In this document: positions 18,446 to 27,930 of the stretch, piece by piece | Layout: every line of letters begins with the position of its first letter | Position numbering within the stretch: the first letter of the stretch is position 1 | Virus record (IMG/VR): IMGVR_UViG_3300036832_000775 | Coordinates: 1-64,000 of that record | Origin: a virus | Direction: 5' to 3' (one strand) | DNA length: 64,000 bases | The notes under the pieces: model-generated | Databases searched by the model: none | What the model was told of the DNA's origin: nothing | The model's input: only the letters and a program-made list of their open reading frames with translations | Position numbers and translations under genes: made by a program

Positions 18446-20477
18446 GCGCCCTCATTAGCATCGGCCTCGACGCGACATGGTTCAGGATCTCGTTGACCTT
18501 ATTGGGGTCTCCCGAGCTCAGATTCTTCGCGATGAAATTTGCAATCTCCGGGTTCGCCCCAGCCTTGATCAGCGCCTGGTTGTAGAGATGCCCGACGACC
18601 GCTGCGCCAGCCCCAACCATGGCGCCGACATGGGAACCCCCAGTCAGCTCACGGCCGGTAATCGCGTAGTCCCGCATGTTCCGGCCGAGCTCACCCAGCT
18701 GTGACCCGCCCCCCTCCTTCGCCGCATCAGCCCATTGCTGCACGGTCGACGAGTTGCGCATGACCGCATTGTTCGACAGGTTCATCGCACTTTCCCAGCG
18801 CAGCGAGGCCTCGACTTTCGCCGCTCCGAGCGGGCCAAAGGCAGTCTGAAATTTCTGCCGCGTCAGCGGATCGTTGAACTGACTGAGGAGGTCCCGGCTG
18901 TCGTTCGTCGAGAGCGATTTCCCCTTGACCGCCGCAGCCATGCCGCGCGTGAACTCCGCCTTTTCGGCCTGGCTCATATTGCCGAGCGCCGCATTCATGT
19001 CGTCGAGCTTCTTGCCCGGGGGCGTCTTCAGATAGTTGAGGCCGGCGTCGAGGGCGTTCTCAGCGTTGAAGCCTTCATAGGCGCCCTGCCGCGCCGTCTT
19101 GAACGCCGGGACTGCAGTGTCCAGCTCGCTGGTTAGCGCCCGCTTGAACGTGTTCCAGTCTTTCGCGCCCTCCTTGTTGCCGCTGCCGATCGCAGTCTCT
19201 TCCGCGCCCTGAAGCGAGCGCCTCACCTGATCCCAGTACATCAGGTCAGGAGGCTTTGCCGTGGGGTCGAGAGAGACCTTTCCAGTTTTCGGATCGACGC
19301 TGAATGGGTTCTTGGGCTGCTGCTGCCCGCTCAGCGCCGCATAGTTTTCGGCTTTCGCCTGCGCGTCTTTGAGCACGCTGCGGAACTGAGGCGCCTCCAT
19401 GAGTTGTTGCATGCCAGGGGTCCAGAGCGATTGGCCGGCCGGGTCGGAGTAGGCTTTGGTGTAGTTCGTGAGATTATTGGCGCGGGCATTGCGCAAGATC
19501 GAGTCGCGGGCGGTTGCCGTATCGAGGCCTGTCGCGCCGCCGAAGGTCTGATCCATGAGGTCGGCCATGCGCTCGTTCTGCTTGTTGGCGCGCGCCATCA
19601 CGGTGTTCTGAAGGATGTCTCGCGCATCCGGCGAAAGGTTTGCGGTTGCACGCGCGAGCGCCTTCGTTGGGCCGCCACCGAGGTCCATGGCCGTGACAGG
19701 ATAGCCAGCCTGGCGCGCGGCCTCCCAGTCTTGCTGGGGAGTGATGCCCTGGTCGCCAAACCCGCCGCGCTCTTTTTCGACATCGGGTTGCAGCGACTCG
19801 GCCGTGCGGTTCATCGCCTTCTGTTCAGGCGAGAGCCAGCGCTCACTGAGGTTTCGGATGCCTTGCGCGGCGCCGTGAAAGACGCCGCCAAAGAAGCCGC
19901 CGCCAATCCCGCTCTCGATCGCGTTCTTCGCCCGCTCCTCCGGGGTCCAGCCTTCGCCAGCTCCGGAGCCCGCGCCCCAGAGCGAGCCGATGCCGATCGA
20001 TTTCGCCAGCGTTGGGACTTTCGGGCCGAACGCCGCACCAAATGGTGCGCCGGCCGCAAGCGCCGAGCCGTAGTAGATGCCTGGATGCTGGCGCGCGCTC
20101 TCACCAGACAGGAGGTCGAGCCACTTCTTGTTCTCTTCGTAGCGCTCGCCGAATGTGCCGGTCTGTTCTTCCGATGGCAGCGCCGCGGTGCCGAGCGCCG
20201 CGATGTCTGGGCCGAACGGGAGGACATGCATGGCGCCCGTGCCGGCCGCCGTCCAACCTGAGACAGGCGCGTCTTCTTCGCCGGTTTGGCTATGCGCCGG
20301 CTCCTCTCTCACGCTTCCTTTCGGCGCTACAGCCTGCGAGGGCGCCGATGGGGTAGCCCCTGTCGGGCTCCAGCCTGGGCCGGTGAAGCTCCAGAACGAT
20401 CCAGGCTCACCGGCCGGCGCAGGCGCCTGCGTTGTGTCCTGATGCTCATCGTTATCTGGGGCTTCCAAGACAGCCAT
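18354..20477 (-). CDS. Internal virion/ejection protein
   Basis: Ala/Gly-rich helical 707 aa after the giant ejection protein; DLMYWDQVRRSL motif. Confidence 0.7.
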   Translation of the reverse strand: MAVLEAPDNDEHQDTTQAPAPAGEPGSFWSFTGPGWSPTGATPSAPSQAVAPKGSVREEPAHSQTGEEDAPVSGWTAAGTGAMHVLPFGPDIAALGTAALPSEEQTGTFGERYEENKKWLDLLSGESARQHPGIYYGSALAAGAPFGAAFGPKVPTLAKSIGIGSLWGAGSGAGEGWTPEERAKNAIESGIGGGFFGGVFHGAAQGIRNLSERWLSPEQKAMNRTAESLQPDVEKERGGFGDQGITPQQDWEAARQAGYPVTAMDLGGGPTKALARATANLSPDARDILQNTVMARANKQNERMADLMDQTFGGATGLDTATARDSILRNARANNLTNYTKAYSDPAGQSLWTPGMQQLMEAPQFRSVLKDAQAKAENYAALSGQQQPKNPFSVDPKTGKVSLDPTAKPPDLMYWDQVRRSLQGAEETAIGSGNKEGAKDWNTFKRALTSELDTAVPAFKTARQGAYEGFNAENALDAGLNYLKTPPGKKLDDMNAALGNMSQAEKAEFTRGMAAAVKGKSLSTNDSRDLLSQFNDPLTRQKFQTAFGPLGAAKVEASLRWESAMNLSNNAVMRNSSTVQQWADAAKEGGGSQLGELGRNMRDYAITGRELTGGSHVGAMVGAGAAVVGHLYNQALIKAGANPEIANFIAKNLSSGDPNKVNEILNHVASRPMLMRALRGVENSLVAGSGPLASAVVGGAGPSGQPR

Positions 20478-20484
20478 GGCTCAC

Positions 20485-23400
20485 TCACTGCTTAACCGGG
20501 CTGCCGTCATAGTTGAACGCCTTGCCCGTCGTCTTGTTTGTCCAAACTCCAGTCTGATTGTCGTAGGTGTATTTCCCGCTAGGCAGCCCGGGCGGCCGGA
20601 CGCCCGAGCGAGCTTTCCGCAGAGAGACGGCATCGTCGATCTTGTTGTCCTTGACGAACTGATCGTCGTAGTCGCCCAGGCTGAGCGTAGTCGGGCGCTG
20701 GCCCTCCTTGGCGTGTCGCCACTTCATGTAGCCCTGGCCGTATTTGTCTTGGTAATCGAGGACGCCAAGCGCCTGCGCCAGGATGGCGCGGTTCGCCTCC
20801 GGCTCCAGCTCGGCGCTGGGCGAGGCCTGCTTGTAGGACGTGATCTCGGCGACGCGCGGGGTTCCCGGCATGGCCTTGACGGCGTCCATAATCATGGCCG
20901 TCGAGTTCTTGACGTACTCCTGGTAGCTGGAGGCCGTGCTCGGATCCAAGCCGACAGCGCCCGGGTTGAAGCCGGCCGCCTTGATGTAGCGGACGACATC
21001 AGCCTTCCAGTCTGCGCCAGCTCCCGGCTTGTAGCCGCTGTCGAGGAGCCCGATGAGCGCTTCCGCGCGCTGCGCGAGGACCGGCCGGCTGCGGAGCCCC
21101 TGGCGCACGTCGGCATCCTGTTCGGACGTCGCCTTGACGTCGGCCTCTGTCCCCGCCTCCAGGCCTTTCTTGATGCCGGCCGTCCTCGCTTCCCAGGACG
21201 CCTTCGCGGCCGCGATCATCGCGTTGCCTTGATCGATGTAGGAATTGCCGGCCGTGCCGCCGCCAATGTTCATGGCGCCGCCAAGCTTGATCCGCCGCAT
21301 CCCCTCTATGTAATCCGGGTCGGTTGTGTAAGTGCCGATGTCGGCCCCAGACGTGCCGGCCCCGGTCCTATCCCCAGCTCCTCCCGCGACCTTCGTCGGC
21401 GGAGCTCCGCCCCCACCCGTTCCAGATTGCCCCGCGCCGCCCGTAGGAGCCCCGCTGGCGCCCGTTCCCCCTCCCAGGGTAGGAATAGACGGGAGAGGAC
21501 CAACGCCCGTCCCTGAGCCTCCTGTGCTCCCTGTAGAGCCGTCGCCGACGTCGATGCCCGCATCACGGAAGGCCGCGATCTGGATTTTGGCCATGCGCTG
21601 CGCGATCTGGGTCTGGATGACCTTGAAATCGGCGTCCGCGCCATGCTCGCGCGCCTCGGCCGACAGATTGGCGATCTGCGCCTGATTGTAGTTCCAGTCC
21701 TTCTCCAGGCCCTGCATCTGGCCGAGGTACTTGTTCCCGGCCGCGAAGCCCTCGCCCATCTGTGTGCCGAGCCAGGGCGAGCGAGACGCCATCATCCCTG
21801 CGCCGACCGTCATCATGTAGCCGAACGGGTCGCGCTTCAGCTCATCGCCCAAGGTCGGAGGATGGCTCGGCTGCCCGCCGCCAGGAGGAATAGCAAACCC
21901 GCCGCCGTAGCCTTCCGTAGTGGCCACGGCAGGCTGCGCGCCAGCGCTTGGGACATCGGCGCCCCCGCCCGCGACCGAGACCGGCGAGGCCTTGCCAGAG
22001 CTCAGATAGGCCTGGGCGTACTTGTCGCCCTTCCACGGCGCGAGATTGACCCCCTTGCCATGGCTATACATCTGGTCGATCGCGAACTTGCCGACGCCCT
22101 GCCATTGGTTCGGGTCAGTCGGATCGTAGCCCGCCTTGCGCGCCTGATCCCCGAGCGCGCCAGGATGGATGTTCATCTGAAAATCGCCGAACGAGAACGG
22201 CTTGCCTCCCTCGACATCGACGGTCGATCCGCCGACGCCAGGAGCGTACAGCCCCTCGGCCTTCGCGACGCCGAGCGCGATGTTTGGATCGGCGCCGGGA
22301 TAGGTCTTGGTGATGTAATCGCGATACCAGGCGGCTCGCTGCGCAGGAGTCGTCGCTCTCCGATCAGACGGGACGCCGCCGCCTCCGCCTCCGCCGCCGC
22401 CTCCGCCTCCGCCTCCGCCTCCGCCCCCTCCGCTCGGAGCTGGGGCCGGCGCGGGCGCGGGCGCGGCCCCCGCAAACGGGTCTAACGCCTCTTCGATCGC
22501 CGCGTCGCCGCCCTCTTGAAAGTTACCGCGCAGGGAGCCAAGCCCTACGCCACCTCCAGTCGCGAAACCTGTATCAAGGTTGAAAGTGTCGTCAGGGAGA
22601 GCTGCGAAATCTCCCGACAGATCAGCGCCGCTGACGATATCGCTCGCCCCGCCGCCTCCGACGTCCCCGGCGCCTCCATCCGATCCCGTCGGCGTCGTCT
22701 GCGCCCCGCTCCGGTCCTTGAAGCCCGTCAGGACGGCGCCGGCCTGCTTCATCAGATCGCCAGGACTCCCCGGCTGAGCGCCGCTCTGGGGCTCTGGCGC
22801 TTTAGGCGCCTGGGCCTGCGGCGGACCTGGCCCCAGTCTGCCGCTGCTGCCGGACGAGGCCTCGATCGCCGCCAGGAACGGATCGATCGAACCGCCCCCC
22901 TCCGCAAAGCCCATACGGCCGCCGCCGCCGAACAGATCGCCGAACCCGCTCGCGGCCTTCGAGGTCGCGAAGGATCCGAGGCCTTCGCCCTGTGAGGTCT
23001 GGCCGGACATGCCGAAGCCCTGCGGCGTATAGCCGCCAGTGTTCTCGAGAGGCGAGGAGCCCATGACGCCGCCGCCGCCCTGGAAGTTAACCGGCCCACC
23101 AGAAGCCCGAACGGGAGCGCCGAGATAATCCTCACGCGGCGGGACCCAGCTCCCGTAATCGGTGTTCGGCGTCGGCCAGGAGCCATGGTTGCCAACGATG
23201 TCGGCGTAGTTGCTGAGATTGACGCGGCCTGGCCCGCCGGCTGGGTGAGCTCCTCTAGTCCGCGCGATATGCCGCGCCGCAGCAATCGCTGGGTGAACAG
23301 GCGCTTGAGCTCGAGCGTTCGGGCTGACCCCCGCGGCGACCGCGTCGCCAGGAACGTAGGTTGAGCCGCGCGCATTGCCGGTCGTTGGCACGAAGTGGCC

Positions 23401-26400
23401 GGCGGTGATCGGCGGCCCGCCCATGAGGCTCGTGACGTCGCCGCGATAGCCGCCTTGCCCAGACGCGCCGCTCAAGGAGCTTGCCGGAAGCGTCCCCGAC
23501 ATCGGCGCGGCGTCTCGCGACGGGACGTCGCCCCCGCTGTCATTGAAGGTGTCGAAGGTGTCGTCGCTAAGATTGGCGAATATCCTGTCGAGCCATCCGC
23601 CGCTCTGCGGCGGCGGCGCCCAGGTGCCGCCTGGGTCCGTCTGGCCGGGATAGGGCATGTTGCGAGTCTCGGCGGGACTGGACGTATCGCCGCCGTCGGC
23701 GCGGCCGATGCGGCCGCCCGTCCACTCGCTCTGGAAGCCCGCGCCTCCGCCATGGAAGGCCCCTGGCAGATCGAGCTCGTCATGATGCCACATGGGCGTG
23801 CCGAACTGATCGCCCTCCGGCGGCATGATCAGTTTCGGCCCGAAGGCGCCCCCCTCTGTGTGCCCAACCGCGTGTGGCGGGACCATCGGCATCGGGCGCG
23901 GAGGCGGCGGCTCGGGCGGCGGAGCCGGGAGCCTCAACGGAGGCTCATTAACCCTGCCTTCGATCGGCGGCTCGACCTCGGTCGACGGCGGACGGTACTC
24001 GGTCTCGCCGGAGAGCGGTCCGGGTCTGACCGCAGGAACACGGGACTGGGGCGGGGGCTCGGGAGGAGGCCCCCAGTTCATCGAATGCCCGCCATAAGGC
24101 TTCGTCTTCCAGGTCTCATCCAGCGGCTCTGGGGCCGGCTCGGGTGCCGGCGGCCGGACGACAGTAGGCGGGACGATCGGCGGCTGCCGGAGGAGCGGCC
24201 CATGCAGGGGATCGCCGGCTGCGCCAGATCCTGCCGGCCCCGGCGTCGGCCAGCCAGGATAGCGCGCTGTCGAGGGATGGTCCGGCTGCGGCGTGATGTC
24301 ATGAGGCTGACCCGTCACCGGATCATGCGCGATGACGCGAGGCTTCACGATGCCGCGCGAAGCCGCCGCCTGTGCTCGAGCTCGCCCCGCGAGCTGGCGC
24401 TGCACTGCGATGGCTGGCGGCGCCTGCCGCCCTCCAAAGAGGCCAGAGAGGTCGAGCGCAGTGTAGGTCGGAGGCGTGCGCCCCGAACCGGTCCCCGGTT
24501 GAAAGGTAGTGAAGCGGGGGAAACCGCCACGCTGGAAGCCGTCGCGCACGTTCGTCCCTCCGATCCCTCCGCCTGCCGATTTTCCGGGCTGGAACATGTG
24601 CGGCGTCGGTCCGCCATAAACATCGCTGTAAGAGTGCGCATAGCCAGGCATGCCCAGCTCGCCGAGGAACCGCCCCATGTCGTTGCCGGGGCCGACTTCC
24701 GCCCATTCCTGGCTCGTCCCACCGAGCGCCGCCTGCCTCATCGGCGACTGAGGCGCTGGCTGCGATGGCGGGGGCTGCGACAGCGTTTCAGTTCCTGCCG
24801 GAACCTTTCCAGGCGTGTAGCCGAACCCGCTGCCGGAGCCGAACCCGCCGCCGGCACTGCCGCCCGCGCCAGGATCGGCGATGCCGCCGCCTTGGAAGCC
24901 CGCCCGCCCGCCGTTGGCGTGACCCGTCATTGCACCGAGGTAAGCCTGCCTACTCGCAGGCGAGACGCCGGGGGGTGGACGTGGCGGCTGCCACTGCATG
25001 GGACCCCCCCAGCCCCCGCCGCTTGGGTTGTTGTGATTTGCGACCGGGTCGAACGTCGTCGGGACCCATTGGCCTTGCGGCTGGGCTGGCGCAGCGGCGG
25101 CCGGAGCGGCGGCCGGAGCGGCGGCGAGGGGTTTCATTTCGGTTCCTGCCGGGACCTTTCCGGGCGTGTAGCCGAACCCGCCGGCACTGCCGCCCGCGCC
25201 AGAGCCGCCCGAGCCACCACCTCCGCCGCCGAAGTATTGATTGGCGATGTCGCCGAGCTGGCCGCGAGACAGTCCGCCATATGTCGCGCCAGCTCCGCCA
25301 GGGATCCGCGCGCCCCCAATTGCGGGCGGACTCGTGATGCCTCCGGAGGGAGCGACCCCGCCGCTGCCCGAGCCCCCGCCGAAGAGACCCGCGAGAGAGG
25401 CCTCGGCCGAGCCGAATTGCGGCGACGAACCGAGGTCCTGCCAGTTTGGCGATGGCGAATTGGTGACGGGCGGCATCCACTGGCCGCCGCCGATCGCCAG
25501 CGGCGCGGTGAGATCGAACCCCAAGTAGGGGTTCTTAGAACCGCCGCTCCCCAGCTCCCAAACTGAGGCGGCCATACCAGAGGCTGGCCCCACCTCTTCT
25601 CCCGGGCTCCAGCCGCCAACATTCCCTGCCGGGTTCAACGCGCCGCCGCCCTGGAAACCTTGCCGCTCGCCGCCGGCCATACCGGATGGGCGCAACGGGA
25701 CAGTCTCAAAGCCGGGGTTAGGATGAACGTCGGCCCCGCTGGCGAGCGCCATCGAGCCTAAACCCATGCGCGCGCCAGGCACCCCCATCATCATCAGATC
25801 TTGCCCAGGCGAGCCGCCTCCGCCGCCGCCTCCGCCTGCCACACCGCCGAGCGAGCCCAAGCCGCCCATCGCGCCCATCATTTGCGCGCTGCCCATCGGC
25901 GCGCCGCCGGAAGCGAAGTGGCCGCGGTCGGCTGCCTCGTCGGTCGCGCCCTCGTAGTCGACGCCGAGGAGATCGCCAACGCCGATTCGCTTCACATTGC
26001 CAGGATCGCGGTAGGCCTCTTCCTGCGCCATGAGGCCGATCTGGGTGCGCGGGTCGCCGCGGAAGTTGTAGCGGTAGATTTGCTTGCCGTCGTAGGTCTC
26101 ACCGATCGGCTCGACGTTCTCTTTCGCGCGGATATCAGAGAGACCGAACAGGCTGCCGAGCATCCCCAGTCCCTGAAGCCCGGCACCGATCCCTTGGCCG
26201 ATCGTGTTCGGCGCCGGAGAAGTGGTCTGGCCCGAGGTTGTGCCGCCGGACAGGCTTCCTGTCCCCTCGACGATGTTCCCCAACCACCCCGTTGTCGTGA
26301 ACGGATACGCCTGCCCTTGCTGATACATTTGCTGGGCGGCTTGATCGATCGCCTGCTGTTCTTGTTGCGGGATCATCCCCGCCTGGATGTTCGCCTGCGC

Positions 26401-27054
26401 GCCCTGGAGCCCAGCCTGCTGAGCGGTCTGGCCGATCGATCCGAGCTGGGACGCTGCCGACAACTGGCGCTGGGCATTGGCTTGCTGCGCACCAAGATTG
26501 ATCCCTTGCTGGTTCTGCCAGTTGCTCATCGCCTGGTTGAAATTGGACTGGTTCAATCCCGCGATCGTCGGCGCCTCGGCGAGCTGCTGCTGATTGGCCA
26601 GGATCGATTGACCGATGCCAGCTCTGTCTCCGCCGAACGCGCCCGAGCTGATGTTCGCGCTGTTCAAGAATTGCGCTTGTTGTTGATTCTGATTGTTCAT
26701 CTCCGCGGTACTCGCGTCGATGACCGACTTCGTGAACGGGTTCATGAAGGGCTGGAGCGAACCCATGCCCTGGAATTGCGATGGGTTGACCGGGGCGGCA
26801 GCCCCCATCGTCATCGCGCCTGCAGCTCCAAGGTAGGGCTGCGCGGCATTCGCGTACTGACTGATCCCACCGACCCCCTGGAGCGTCTGACTCGAGAGCG
26901 GGGCGACGAGCTCGCCCTGGTAGGGTTGGTAGGGCTGATTGGCTACGTTCGTCGCGCGATCGACAAGGCCTTGGTACTCGGCCATCACCTGGGGCGGCGG
27001 CCCAGACGACGAGGTCGACGACGTCTGCTGAGTGCCTCCGCCCTTCGAGCCCAT
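20485..27054 (-). CDS. Giant internal virion (DNA transfer) protein with internal S74 domain and lysozyme-like domain
   Basis: MGSKGGG..YQPYQG..MNPF..GAFGGDR pilot-type N-terminus; SDIRAKENV..IGLMAQE; ALGVAKAEG..SFGDFQ. Confidence 0.8.
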   Translation of the reverse strand: MGSKGGGTQQTSSTSSSGPPPQVMAEYQGLVDRATNVANQPYQPYQGELVAPLSSQTLQGVGGISQYANAAQPYLGAAGAMTMGAAAPVNPSQFQGMGSLQPFMNPFTKSVIDASTAEMNNQNQQQAQFLNSANISSGAFGGDRAGIGQSILANQQQLAEAPTIAGLNQSNFNQAMSNWQNQQGINLGAQQANAQRQLSAASQLGSIGQTAQQAGLQGAQANIQAGMIPQQEQQAIDQAAQQMYQQGQAYPFTTTGWLGNIVEGTGSLSGGTTSGQTTSPAPNTIGQGIGAGLQGLGMLGSLFGLSDIRAKENVEPIGETYDGKQIYRYNFRGDPRTQIGLMAQEEAYRDPGNVKRIGVGDLLGVDYEGATDEAADRGHFASGGAPMGSAQMMGAMGGLGSLGGVAGGGGGGGGSPGQDLMMMGVPGARMGLGSMALASGADVHPNPGFETVPLRPSGMAGGERQGFQGGGALNPAGNVGGWSPGEEVGPASGMAASVWELGSGGSKNPYLGFDLTAPLAIGGGQWMPPVTNSPSPNWQDLGSSPQFGSAEASLAGLFGGGSGSGGVAPSGGITSPPAIGGARIPGGAGATYGGLSRGQLGDIANQYFGGGGGGSGGSGAGGSAGGFGYTPGKVPAGTEMKPLAAAPAAAPAAAAPAQPQGQWVPTTFDPVANHNNPSGGGWGGPMQWQPPRPPPGVSPASRQAYLGAMTGHANGGRAGFQGGGIADPGAGGSAGGGFGSGSGFGYTPGKVPAGTETLSQPPPSQPAPQSPMRQAALGGTSQEWAEVGPGNDMGRFLGELGMPGYAHSYSDVYGGPTPHMFQPGKSAGGGIGGTNVRDGFQRGGFPRFTTFQPGTGSGRTPPTYTALDLSGLFGGRQAPPAIAVQRQLAGRARAQAAASRGIVKPRVIAHDPVTGQPHDITPQPDHPSTARYPGWPTPGPAGSGAAGDPLHGPLLRQPPIVPPTVVRPPAPEPAPEPLDETWKTKPYGGHSMNWGPPPEPPPQSRVPAVRPGPLSGETEYRPPSTEVEPPIEGRVNEPPLRLPAPPPEPPPPRPMPMVPPHAVGHTEGGAFGPKLIMPPEGDQFGTPMWHHDELDLPGAFHGGGAGFQSEWTGGRIGRADGGDTSSPAETRNMPYPGQTDPGGTWAPPPQSGGWLDRIFANLSDDTFDTFNDSGGDVPSRDAAPMSGTLPASSLSGASGQGGYRGDVTSLMGGPPITAGHFVPTTGNARGSTYVPGDAVAAGVSPNARAQAPVHPAIAAARHIARTRGAHPAGGPGRVNLSNYADIVGNHGSWPTPNTDYGSWVPPREDYLGAPVRASGGPVNFQGGGGVMGSSPLENTGGYTPQGFGMSGQTSQGEGLGSFATSKAASGFGDLFGGGGRMGFAEGGGSIDPFLAAIEASSGSSGRLGPGPPQAQAPKAPEPQSGAQPGSPGDLMKQAGAVLTGFKDRSGAQTTPTGSDGGAGDVGGGGASDIVSGADLSGDFAALPDDTFNLDTGFATGGGVGLGSLRGNFQEGGDAAIEEALDPFAGAAPAPAPAPAPSGGGGGGGGGGGGGGGGGGGVPSDRRATTPAQRAAWYRDYITKTYPGADPNIALGVAKAEGLYAPGVGGSTVDVEGGKPFSFGDFQMNIHPGALGDQARKAGYDPTDPNQWQGVGKFAIDQMYSHGKGVNLAPWKGDKYAQAYLSSGKASPVSVAGGGADVPSAGAQPAVATTEGYGGGFAIPPGGGQPSHPPTLGDELKRDPFGYMMTVGAGMMASRSPWLGTQMGEGFAAGNKYLGQMQGLEKDWNYNQAQIANLSAEAREHGADADFKVIQTQIAQRMAKIQIAAFRDAGIDVGDGSTGSTGGSGTGVGPLPSIPTLGGGTGASGAPTGGAGQSGTGGGGAPPTKVAGGAGDRTGAGTSGADIGTYTTDPDYIEGMRRIKLGGAMNIGGGTAGNSYIDQGNAMIAAAKASWEARTAGIKKGLEAGTEADVKATSEQDADVRQGLRSRPVLAQRAEALIGLLDSGYKPGAGADWKADVVRYIKAAGFNPGAVGLDPSTASSYQEYVKNSTAMIMDAVKAMPGTPRVAEITSYKQASPSAELEPEANRAILAQALGVLDYQDKYGQGYMKWRHAKEGQRPTTLSLGDYDDQFVKDNKIDDAVSLRKARSGVRPPGLPSGKYTYDNQTGVWTNKTTGKAFNYDGSPVKQ

Positions 27055-27058
27055 GGCT

Positions 27059-27625
27059 CTACTCCGCTGCCACGCTATTCGCTGGCGTCATCTCCGCAAG
27101 GCGCTGGGCGAAAGGAATCCGGTTAGGTGGCGCGTAACAGAAGAACGCGCCGAACTGCGGGAGCCAGCGGCGATAGAGCCTGATCTTCGCCGCGGTCCGA
27201 ATGTTCGAGAACACGCCGACGGTGAGATCGAGGCCGATCTGATCGGAGCATTGCTTCGCGTAAGCGATGAGGTCTGCGGCGAAGCCCATGCGCCGGTAGT
27301 CCGGCTTCACGTAATTGAAAAACTCGAGGAGCTGCCAGTCGTCCGAGTACCAGATCGGCTCGATCAGCAAGAAGATCGCGCCCTTGAGATCGTGACGATC
27401 GCCGATCACGCCGAGGATGCCGCGGCGTTCCGGCCCCTGGCGAATAGCGAGCCGGATCATCGCGGCGACCTTGCCGAGATTGAGCGGATGATAAGGTTGT
27501 TCGGCGTGCATCATCTTGCACATCTCGAGGATGCCGAACTCGTCATGCTCATCGGCCATGCGGATATTCAGGCGCGGCGGCGCGCTCCGCAGCTCAGCCT
27601 CGTGTACGCGAGAAAACTCTTTCAC
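27059..27625 (-). CDS. GNAT-fold virion-associated protein
   Basis: IRMADEHD..FNYVKPDYRRMGFAADLI..KIRLY. Confidence 0.75.
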   Translation of the reverse strand: MKEFSRVHEAELRSAPPRLNIRMADEHDEFGILEMCKMMHAEQPYHPLNLGKVAAMIRLAIRQGPERRGILGVIGDRHDLKGAIFLLIEPIWYSDDWQLLEFFNYVKPDYRRMGFAADLIAYAKQCSDQIGLDLTVGVFSNIRTAAKIRLYRRWLPQFGAFFCYAPPNRIPFAQRLAEMTPANSVAAE

Positions 27626-27930
27626 GAGTCGAGCTCCTTCTCGAACTCCGGCCAGAGGTAGAGCTCCTTGCGGCCGAAGGCATCCTTCGCGAAGCGGCTG
27701 ATCTCATCGGGCGGATCGAACGCCGTCGGCGTGCCCTCGACCTTGAGCTGCGCGAGCCCGAGGTAGCGCATCGACGGTCCAGGCTGCACGAGCCCTGCAG
27801 GGTCGGGCGGATCGGCATATGGAATCCCGGTCGGATGCAGCATGACCGGCAGCTCGGCCGCGATCTGCGGCGCGAGCGCGGCGGCCGGCGCTGCGATGCC
27901 AAGCAGCTTGAGGAATCCTCGTCTGTTCAT
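27622..27930 (-). CDS. Small twin-arginine protein carrying a capsid-like segment
   Basis: MNRRGFLKLLGIAAPAAALA; SMRYLGLAQLKVEGTPTAFD; ATGA-coupled on both sides. Confidence 0.65.
   Translation of the reverse strand: MNRRGFLKLLGIAAPAAALAPQIAAELPVMLHPTGIPYADPPDPAGLVQPGPSMRYLGLAQLKVEGTPTAFDPPDEISRFAKDAFGRKELYLWPEFEKELDS

Noticed and set aside
23395-25566. 723-aa plus-strand ORF, and similar long antisense ORFs (25801, 40124, 49900, 51415, 61212)
   Set aside because: Arg/Ala-rich shadow frames opposite well-supported genes, expected at high GC
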